NCBI GenBank assembly: GCA_036172245.1
Contig: JAYWIR010000041.1
Coordinates: 868,001-932,000, forward strand
Reading direction: 5' to 3'
Source: Raillietiella orientalis
Lineage: Eukaryota
Length of the DNA: 64,000 bases
The notes below the pieces were generated by a model. It was not told the DNA's origin, ran no database searches, and saw nothing but the letters and a program-made list of their open reading frames with translations. The first letter of the stretch is position 1; each line of letters opens with the position of its first letter. Positions 55,101 through 64,000 of this stretch are shown here, one piece after another. Made by a program: the position numbers and the translations under genes.

Positions 55101-58100
55101 TTCTTCGTTGGAAAGTTTTTTCCAAAGGACCACTCAGCAAACAATTTTCACGCCTTTATGATTTAAAGATTGATAATGGGGTCACGGATAAAGAAACAGT
55201 GGAGTAAACAAAAGGAAATTCTACTACCTTTGGAACCTGGCGCTCAATCGGTGAATTCCAAGGAAGAGAAGTATCTACGACTGTCAAAAACAGAAGAATG
55301 CCAAGAGATGAGGTTGGTTTATGGAAATTTTTTGATTGAGAAAATTTTCTAACAAGGCGTGTTTGAGGAAAGGCCCAAGGCGAACAAAAAAAAAGACGGA
55401 AACCAAATTACTCCGAGCTCAGTTCTGCAGCTTGAATAATCTCCGATGATGTCTGATTAAAGAATGGAAAGTGATTGTGGATGCTGCAGGAACCACATAG
55501 GTATGTGACCTGGCAAAATCCAGTCTAGAAAGTTCGACTGGAGTACACAAAAAAAGAAACGATGTCGGACATCTTTAAAAGCCTCAAACATAGGATGATG
55601 GAAATCCTTTTCTGTCTTCGCAGTTCTTCGACACGGTTCCACGCCACCCGAGGGTGATTAATTCTTCAAGATAGGGGGTACCCAGGAGGGGTCCGCCCTA
55701 TGAATTCAGGAAGGACTCGGAGTCCGTTCCTCTCACGCCTGGGGAGGGATCCCCGGAAATGGAGATCACCTCCACCCTGATTGTCTCCGAAGGGGAAACC
55801 AGAAGGGAATCCTCCTTCCTTATTCTCTCCAGAGGACCCCCGGCGGGGTCCGCTCCATTCTTTCTTCTCTGAAGGGAATCCGGAAAGGATCCGATCCTGG
55901 AATTTCTTATCCGGAGGGATCCCGCGCAAGGGATTCGCTCCTGTTTTTACTCCTCTGAAGAGAACTCAGAAGGGACGCTTCCGAACTTCAGAAGCAGCAC
56001 TTCCCCGAAGGGATGGGCTCGCTTCTCTGCACTCTCTGGGGAGGTGGTGGCGACACACCTACTCCATCAGTCCGATGAGGAGGAGTCCCCCCTGGAATGG
56101 AGGGTCCGCTCCTTCACAACCGTAGGGGAGCTCCCACTCCGTGATTCCTGGAAGCACCCGGAGGTCGACTCCCATTTGTCCCGGCCCTCATCGGGGGGGG
56201 GGGCATCCGGTTTGAGCTGCTACCAGTGCCGCACCCGGACTGAATGTAAGCCAACCAGCGTCATCTCGTGGGGTGAATTCGGAACCCCACGACGCACTTC
56301 GTCGATTCCTTCGCAGTATTCGAACCCACGGCGCATGGGGCCACGCGCGGAGACCACTGTAACCACACGGCCTCCGAAGCGGACAAATCGTACGTTAACG
56401 AATGCCCGTGGACACTAGCGCATTCAATGAATCGAATCAGGTTGATGCAAGCTTCGAGTTCAAGGTTATGGAATGAAAGCAAAGACAGAATGATGACTGA
56501 ATCTTCTGACATGACTTATAAGGGAGTAAACAACAGATTAAAGAATTCCATATAAAGAGTTGCTTCATAAATGAACTAAACGTAGCCAGAAATGCCCCCG
56601 ATAAATTGGCATCTGAAATCAACTGCAATTGACTGTAATAACTTCACAACCAGAGAAATAAGGAGCGACGACAATCATCGGATGGATCCAACTCATTCGC
56701 AGCATCTGAGAGATCACCAGGACGATTTGATGAATCAACCGCAAGAGAATAATGCAGCACATCAGGACTTTCCTGTCCCACCATTCGTTCGCGATTGATT
56801 TACAAAGTCCTGAAGGGTGCATGCAAACTGAGCACCTCTTGGCATCCGTGGATTTCCGAAAGCAGCTTTGACTCGAATCATCTCTTCGAAGAGCTTGAAA
56901 GCTTCCTTCAAGTCCCTCGTGGATCCATGAGTGTCACAGTCCTCGGATCGCCTCTTCGTTCACTTATACCCGTGGGGCTCGGTTGAGTGAGCGCGGAGAA
57001 AGTGTTCTACCTACAGACCTCCCGGTGTACTGCACCTGCTTCGACGGTACGTACACTAAAATCGGAACTTCAGAATAGAGAGTCCAGTGATACGCCCTGA
57101 TAATTATCCCGATCCACCAAATTACATTCCACAACTACGTAAGCCAACCATATTTGTGACCATACTGTTCAGCATCTTATCTCTCCCAATCCAGTCGTGA
57201 TTTGCTAGACATCTGGATCTCCTGTTTTGGTATTCACGGCAAACTCGGGCTTATCCGAATGCTCTTGCCTGACTGCAATCACCAATACAGTGGTCGTAGG
57301 GGAAAATGGCTTTCGTAAGCAACCGAAACCTCCAACAGAAACCATGCAACTTATGTTTACATCGCTCTCTCAAGCCGAAAATTTACAGCCAGTCGATCGT
57401 ATCTTAATTGGCAGTTTCAACGTTTCTCCTCTCCGAGGTATCTTTCTTCTTCTTCTTCTGTATTCGAATTTCTTGAAATTCAAGGATTCCTCAAATTCTT
57501 CGTAAAGCCGGCGAACGCCGGTTCGTGAAGTAAAAACTACCGAAAGCTCTTTGTCTGCACGTGCCCTCTATACACTCAGTCTTCATAGGTGATCTTCACT
57601 TTGTGGACCTTTTTAGAAGGTATTGATGCTTTCTGCAGGATCGCGAATTTGGGTGTATGCGAACCAGGGCTGGCGAGAGGTTCTTTTCTTTTCCCTTTTT
57701 GCTCTTTTCGAACGATCGCCTTGGGTTCTACTTTATGAGTTGGGTTTACTTGGCAACGGGGGTTAAAATCTTAGAGGCTTCACATACCTTTTTATGGAAA
57801 ACAACTCTCCCTAAAGTATTCATTTTTTTATGCTGCTGGGAGTCCTTAATCCATCATGCCTAATCCGAGAAATGTCTCGATAATCATGGTGAGATAACTT
57901 CGTTTTGCAAGACAGCACATCAAAGTTGTTGGCTATTAGGAACACTCATTCCGAAATACTAGTTTTAATTAAATTCAAAGTTCAAATCTTGTTTTAAAGG
58001 TCAAGAAACGTTGGGTAACAGGTTCAGTACGAGATCAGCAACATTCATTCATAACTGCGTTTTATTCTTATGATGAGGATCTTTCCCAAAAGCTTCACAT

Positions 58101-61100
58101 CTCATGGATTATAAAACAATCGATAAAGAGATCTCTTGGTTGTCTTAATTGACCTTTCATCATAAATTTCATATAAATTTCATTAAGAACTTGTTCAAAG
58201 TTCCCAACCGAAAAAATAGTTTTTCCTCTTTTTAAAGGCCTTAGCATGCAGCGATTCCAGCAGTACATTTTATAAATTCAGTACTGGCACAAATGCATAC
58301 CAAAATGACGAATATTCATATTCTCATTGGAGTAATCAGAGTGTGGAATTGCAATGTTCAGTTGACATTCTGACTCCAGTTGTCAGTCAGGCTTATCTTC
58401 AACACTAGCGTTCCGTTCAAGACTTTTTTCGGGGTTCTCTTCAGAGTGAACAGGAGCGGTTCCCTTGCGGGTTCCCTCCGGAGAAGAAATTCCTATTAGC
58501 GAATCCTTTCCGGGTTCCCTTCGGAGAAGATGAAATGCAGAGGACCACCTCCTTCCAGGATGGTCCCTCCGGAGAGAATGAGGAAGGAGATTCCCTTCGC
58601 GGTTCCCCTTCGGAGACAACCAGGTTGGGAGGTGCGATGATCCAGCGGGATCCCTCCCCAAGCGTGAGAGGAACGGACTCCGAGCCCTTCCTGGATTCAT
58701 AGGGCGGACCCCCATCCCGGGGTGCCTCCTATCCTGGAGAATTACACGCCCCGTGCGGGGTTGCACGCAGGGGAGAGGCATGGGAATAAAACTGTGTGTT
58801 TAAAGAGCCACGTGCGCCGCGAGGCACGCGACCGGCTCTTGAGGTACTTAGCGAACCAAAAAAAAAAGACTTCTTTCGTGGTCCAGACGAGGTTCGGGCA
58901 CCCTTCGCAACGAATGCAAAGCCAGAAATGTTAAACAGCAATGTATCAACAAAAATGAATTGCAGCTGTTCTCTTAAAATCGCAGTGTGAGGATCAAACT
59001 CTTTCCTGGGCGTTCCTTTCTTGTAACTGAGTTCGGCACGATCGCATGATTCCCGGACTTGATAGTGACTGAATACCAAATCATGCCTCGGTCGTGGAAT
59101 TTCATTCCCTTCCGTCAAAATGTAGGACCTCATCCTTCTATGAGAAATTCCCAGTCAGTGTTGGAATGTTTTGTTCCCAGCAAGTACTTTGCTTATCTCC
59201 TTTACCAAAGAACGGTTCGCCGAGTCCCTTATTGCCGTTTCTCGTTCACTTGACTGCCGTGATCCTGCTTTTGCAGTTCGACAGTGGACCGCTGATAAGA
59301 GACCTACTTTCTCGGAAGCGTGAGACGGGTCATTCGCAGTTCTTCTTGCGTCCATGCTCCATCACGCGAAGATAATTTTGAAACTTGCTTTTTTCCTCAC
59401 TCCTCCCTGCTCTACCTCCGTTGCTTCCTCCGGGAAGCGGGTATCGGATATCTGAGAGGTTATCGTAGTGTCTCAAAGATCCTGATTTGAGGTCCTTTAT
59501 TGAGGTTTCGTTCTTTCACCACGCAGCAAAATGCTTCTAGCCGCGATGGACGTGCGATCCCCGGCTTTGCTCTTCTGAAACGCGTTTCTAATTTTCTGTT
59601 ATTCATCCGTCTATCCATTCCGGAGATCATCACACTCACGATTTTAAGAGTGGATAAATCATCCATCCGCGGCAACTAGAGAAATGACTTCTCGTCCAAG
59701 TGGGATACGCCCCGTTTCTGTCCCCTGACTGCACAACCAATTCGTATTGTGGGCACAGGGAGATCCTTAGCTTCGGTGAGAGTTCTCTCGAATGCTATTC
59801 AAAAACCTTCGAATTCTTACCACTGCCGTTCACAGGTGCTGACAGTCTTAATAGCTGTCTTCCCTCATTCACTTCCTCGAAAGCGCTTCCTTGTTCTGCA
59901 TCTTCCCCAGAATTAAATCATGATCTTCATCCACCCCCAGTTATCGTAAATGACGGCAAAAGAATGGGGATGTTTCCTTAGAGTCAAAAATCGAACGAGT
60001 GAGGGGTGAACCGATTTCATGCCACCATTTCCGGTGCCGACTCGGTCTGGGAAAAACTGCATATTCGGAGGTTTCTTTCTATTCGAAAATGTAACTCAAA
60101 CTCGAAACTGCTCAGGGTTTCACAGATAGCTGCCAGCTGGCGAGCAGCTCATCATTGCCATGTCAAGAATTCTATTCTTTTTTTTTGAAAACTCCGTGTT
60201 TCTTCCTTGAAAAAAAAAAACCAAACTTTCCTTTTATTTTTCCTCAACTCGAGCTTTCATTGTGGAACTCCTTCCGAGATGGCAGCTCTCTCAAAGGTCA
60301 TCACAATGAAACGAAAATCCAAATCAACCAAGGGTGAAAAAAAAAAGATATCAACTGAAATGATCGGTACATTGGGAAAAATGCTGCCAGCAGCGGATTC
60401 TTTCAGTGGGAAGGGGTGAATTCCCAACTCTCTCCCTGTCGAGGTCATAAGAAGCTCTCCTGAGCAAGGTTTCCTCTTCAAAAACCTCAACCCCAATGTG
60501 GAAAAAGTTCAGTTCCCTCTCCGTCAAGATGAGATCACGCAAAGAGTCCCTCACAAGAGATTGGGAACCTCAACCGATTCAATGACGTGCCCTTGCGCTT
60601 AAGAGTTTTTGTGATCCTCGCTGACAACCGAGTTCGGTTTCCTCGCCTTCATTTGCAGCATTTCCGGTTTCTCTTGCTGTGTCTGCTGCTCCTGTCAGAC
60701 ACTCTTGTGTTGCTTTCTCGAAGTAAGACTCCATTCCATTGCATCCTATTTTTTGAACTTGGAGAAAATGGCTTAAATAAAAGGGGGGGGGGGGAAACTG
60801 AAAGAGCTTCCTAACCACTACAAGACTCCCACGGTTTAGCGATGGGATTTATTTTCTTTTCTTTTTTTCAGGTTCCACTTTCATGAATAACATTTGATGT
60901 CCTTGACCGATTTTCGATCTGAAGCTTGCTGTGAGGTCTGAGTGTCCTGCATCGATTGCAGGAGTCTGTGAGATGACCATGTCTCTGGTGAGAAAAATAG
61001 CTTCAAGAATTTCTACTGCCACTAAAGGAGCTTCAGTTTCACCGAAACTGTAAGAAATATCAGACTCCGACTAAAATTTCACGCCCCCATTCCAGATTCC

Positions 61101-62524
61101 CCAATCGAGTCTTTTCAGAAGTTCTTCCAGAACATCTGTTAGACACGTTTCGTGTAAAGGAAGCATCCAAGATCATGTCCAGAACTCATGATGTTGTCAC
61201 TCCGGTTCGTGTGTCACAGCATGTCATAGCCTTTGCAGCCCGTACAACTTTTTTATTTGTTAATCATAGGTGATGGGGCTTCCCTGGGTTATACTGTAGT
61301 CTACGTAGGGGAAGGTATGTTCCTCCGGTATGCCAACTTTTCCGGGGCCTTTCGGACCTTCTTTCCCCTGTTACAAAACCAACCCTCTCCTTCCTTCCCC
61401 AAACTTGGATTTCAGTCCCACGCCTTTGGAAAGGTCCGGGATGAATTATCCTTCGGTAGGATAGTTCTCGCTTTCAGTAGTTCGAAGGGTCAGAGTGGAT
61501 CCCATCATGGCTCACTTCATTCGATCCGAAATGCTAGTGATTCTGTTCCCTCCCTGCCAACTAAAAGAAGCAAGGATTCCTTTAGACACGTACTTTTTAA
61601 TACAAGTGCGATCGCCTAACTTTCGTCAGAGTGATCTGGACCGAATCACTGATCGCCGGCGTTGTCGAATCTCCAGGCCGCGAAATTTTTCTCTCGTATC
61701 GTTCTGACGCGTACCTTCGAACTTGACCTGAGCGTGTCCACCTAACCTCTGTGCGATGATGTTACTGAGGGCATCAGGAAATCCTGCGCATGCATTTCAT
61801 GCGTCTTTGTGTGCGAAGCTGCCAGCGATCCGATGTTGACCCGTGTCGAAATTCAATTTCGTGACCCCCGAGGTTCCTTGTTTGATGGCCCCAGGGAAGC
61901 GAACGTTTGGTGTGGCAGAGGTCCCGGACAGGAACTTGTTTCATCCGGCAGGGAAACTCGCACCCGAACATTTCCCTTGCATTTTGTTTTTGTTTTTCGC
62001 GGGGGAGCGGTCTCTGGTCGGTCAACTCGTCTTGATGGGGACGCGAATGGGTCTGCGCCCAATTCTATCGATTTACCTTCATGGCACTTATTTCTACACA
62101 GAGCGGCTGGTCAAGTTTCATTCTCTAGGCGAGCTGATTGCTCAGCAATTTGGTAAGTGCCTCGAACGAAAGTCGGGTCCAAACCATCCTTTCTTTCGTG
62201 AATACCGAGGGTGGAAAATACATCCAGGGAAGGTCATTTCCTCTCCTGAGATCAGATTGACGGTTTTCATCAAAAAAAAAAAAAAAGATGCCCTTTGTTC
62301 CAAGAGGCTGTCAGGACGAATTTTGGAAATCACTTCCCATTTCAGCAAACGACGTTAGAGGGGGAGGTAAAGCACAGTCTCGGAGGAAGGTTGTGGTACT
62401 TACTTTGATAAAATGTTTCGATGTCAATAACTAAAATCGCACTTGTGACTAGCAAGACGATGATGACTAAGATGAACGTCAAGGCATGTCTCACCACGGA
62501 TTTTCTAGGAAGAGATGCATCCAT
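28189..62524 (-). CDS. M13 (neprilysin/ECE) family type II membrane protein, ~768 aa, predicted catalytically inactive
   Basis: 19 phase-compatible exons totalling 2307 nt: 62524-62404, 51439-51263, 50844-50683, 50629-50546, 48403-48192, 48128-47943, 47897-47817, 47150-47000, 46849-46732, 43017-42921, 38276-38082, 36036-35927, 35873-35815, 35614-35563, 35515-35448, 30813-30716, 29241-29215, 29159-29010, 28347-28189. Motifs in order: TM anchor, CNYPTC, NPCRDFYSFVCHNW, LGMPREHY, NYLGW, WMS...AYPD, IPAAILQSPFF, LNFGSLGTLIAREILLGLD, EKIASSGGLK, TWC, RV..MTSNSLDF..LFGC..CKLW*. The link to exon 1 (11-kb intron) and the 27-nt exon are the least certain parts. Confidence 0.85.
31040..31360 (-). mobile_element. 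Possible decayed LTR-retrotransposon gag remnant
   Basis: CQVCGDKGH (CX2CX4H, partial zinc knuckle, 31063-31089) lies downstream of an RLLMSEE-like peptide; interrupted by stops. Confidence 0.25.
43316..43400. repeat. ~85-nt extended hairpin (nested inverted repeats)
   Basis: Outer CGGAGCTACAAACTATC / GATAGTTTGTAGTTCCG (17 bp, one G-T pair) and inner TATCAAGGATG / CATCCTTGGTA (11 bp, one G-T pair). Confidence 0.8.
43899..46022 (+). repeat. Pair of ~70-80 bp imperfect direct repeats about 2 kb apart (43899-43965 and 45942-46022)
   Basis: Both read GCTAGA(A/G)GCTACAAGATTACATCTG..GGCTCTC..T-run GTTC T-run CCTAAC(A/C)CAACAA. Confidence 0.75.
45307..45756. mobile_element. MITE-like element with imperfect terminal inverted repeats and very AT-rich interior
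   Basis: AATCTCGAAAGATC (45323-45336) / GATCTTTCGAGATT (45722-45735) is a perfect 14-bp match, extended by TCCTGAAC/GTTCAGGA outside and AATAAATA..CAT/ATG..TATTTATT inside. No TSD resolved. Confidence 0.65.
49403..50176 (-). mobile_element. Long tRNA-headed SINE-like repeat, copy 1
   Basis: Minus-strand head GTGGTTAAGGC (A-box-like)...GTGTGGCAGC...GGGTTCGAATACC (B-box-like). The GC-rich body is shared with 55660-56384 and 58428-58743, with a common 3' end CCTATCCTG(A/G)AGAATT. Confidence 0.75.
53940..54130 (+). mobile_element. Possible decayed non-LTR retrotransposon RT C-terminal fragment
   Basis: HYRYFGI...FVRGLERILRQGMSQLQK resembles the YKYLGI...L..I....L...QK thumb region of non-LTR reverse transcriptases. 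Confidence 0.35.
55660..56384 (-). mobile_element. Long tRNA-headed SINE-like repeat, copy 2
   Basis: Colinear with 49403-50176 (e.g. CCCTATGAAT..AGGAAGG.CTCGGA, CACCTCC.ACCCTGATTGTCTCCGAAGGGGAA, GATTCCTGGAAG, GTATTCGAACCC), with indels. Confidence 0.75.
56850..57130 (-). mobile_element. Decayed LINE reverse transcriptase fragment
   Basis: NYQGVSL (~57082-57105; cf. NYRGISL) followed ~180 nt later by DLKEAF (~56897-56914; cf. DL.KAFD); stops in between. Confidence 0.4.
58428..58743 (+). mobile_element. 5'-truncated copy 3 of the SINE-like repeat, opposite orientation
   Basis: Reverse complement of ~49403-49727 (AGAGTGAACAGGAGCGGTTCCCTT, CCCTTCGGAGAAGATGAAATGCAGAGGACCAC, CTGGATTCATAGGG, CCTATCCTGGAGAATT). 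Confidence 0.8.
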
Positions 62525-64000
62525 CAGATTTTAGAAAAGTTCTCATCAATTTTTTTTTTTTTTGCAAACACCGCAATATGATGAAGAATTTCGAATGTTA
62601 TTCGGAAAAAAAAAAAATCGAAACAAAACACTTCTATAAGTGCGAATGGTGAATAATTATACTCACAGAAAATTGCAATCGATTTGAAATTGTAACTGAC
62701 GATTCGCAAAATCGTATGTCCATTTATGTAACCTCATTTCAAACTGGACCAAAGAATGCACATGTATTCAATGATGCAAGGGGTTTGCAGGTTACAAACG
62801 AAAGAAATCTGAGGTATGGAGCTAATATGTTCACACCTGAGTTTTTGTTTTGTATGTTTAAGAGTGTTCCATGTTGAAATGGAACTACAGGCTATTCCTA
62901 TAACGAAAGGGAAATTAACTGGAGAGAATTAAATAAAGGTACATTTCAGTCAATAGTAAGGAGTAGCAAGGAAGCTGCGAAAGCCAGCTCAAATGCATTG
63001 AAAATAAGACTGCCCTTACACCACTTTTCGGTTCAAGCTGATTAACTCGGAATTTTCGTGTTTTAGTCAGAGCCTGCCCTCATATAGGGTTTCATCTTGA
63101 GCACTTTCATGGTCCGGATCAACGCATCGTATGAATGAAAGGATCGTAACGGCATCATCGACTCGCCAATTCAAATTCCCAACCGATTCAGGGGTGTTCT
63201 TACACATCCCAGATGGCTGTCGTTGAAGGTGTCTTACACCCCAGTCGCCATAAATTTTAGATTGTGAAAAATCAAGAGAATAATTATGCACTATCAAGAA
63301 AAAGACGGATTGGTCCAGGTTGATTTCACTGGGCTTGGTTTCGCTATGCAGGTCAGTTTTATGCTTGGGGTTTTGCAAGCAATTCGGAATGAATCTGGAG
63401 GTACCTTTCTCAGGATCTGTGGCTCAGGGGGGAGGGGATTCAGGTAAGCTTCAGTGGGGGCATGTGCCGTCCGTCTATCCAGTGGATTACCATTCAGATG
63501 CGTCCATATAACGTCGCTCAGTTACTTTGAGGGAGGAGGGGAAAAAAAAAAATTGGTCCATACGCGAATGCCTGTCGCAGCTCGCCAGACGTCGAAAATG
63601 TTGAATGTAAGTCCCCTAATCTTCGGCTGCACTCTGAGTATCCAAACTCTCAGCACCTAGTTCTGATTTAGTGGTCTCTCAACGTAGCAGTAGCACGTGC
63701 TTTGAGGAACAGTTGTTTTCGAAGCATGGGATGTGGTGCTTTTGCTTTTGCAGGTTCCTATACCTTCCACAGCAATAAAAACTGTTTTCCTCTACACTCT
63801 GAAATTTCAGGTCCAAGTCTCCTGCAGAAAAAAAGCTCACTGCTTCTTTCTTTCTTTCTTTTTTTTAGGTATTTGCACTTCTCTTGATAAAAGCCTTGAG
63901 GAAAGAAGCAATAAACAAATCTTTCCAAGAAACATAAAAATGAATGTCTGGAAAAAGCAAAGAAATCCGATGATTTTTATGAATCCATAAACAAAGTATG

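Noticed and set aside
1..64000. Prokaryotic systems (CRISPR arrays, operons), rRNA or intact tRNA genes
   Set aside because: The sequence is spliced eukaryotic DNA. I saw no repeat-spacer array, and the tRNA-like segments lack full cloverleaf pairing and belong to repeats.

Overview
Animal (metazoan) genomic DNA with GT-AG introns, many only 36-47 nt long. Three spliced genes could be assembled by hand. (1) IDH3 gamma subunit (+, ~6990-9212). (2) HMGXB4-like HMG-box gene (-, 22024-12091). (3) A ~34-kb, 19-exon, ~768-aa type II membrane M13/neprilysin-family gene (-, 62524-28189) whose HExxH zinc motif is replaced by REILL. The most striking feature is an intronless AP-2 (TFAP2) domain exon (15024-13795) inside intron 4 of HMGXB4 on the same strand. 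It has its own branch point and acceptor in the same phase as the HMG-box exon, so one N-terminus may be spliced to either of two unrelated DNA-binding domains. Also present: a frameshifted GC-rich segment (~4.8-5.9 kb) that may be an orthomyxo-like PB2 endogenous viral element, a long tRNA-headed SINE-like family (3 copies), a MITE-like element, hairpins, decayed LINE/mariner/gag fragments, and a CpG-poor domain over the housekeeping genes. Exon structures and family calls come from manual reading and recalled motifs; no searches were run.
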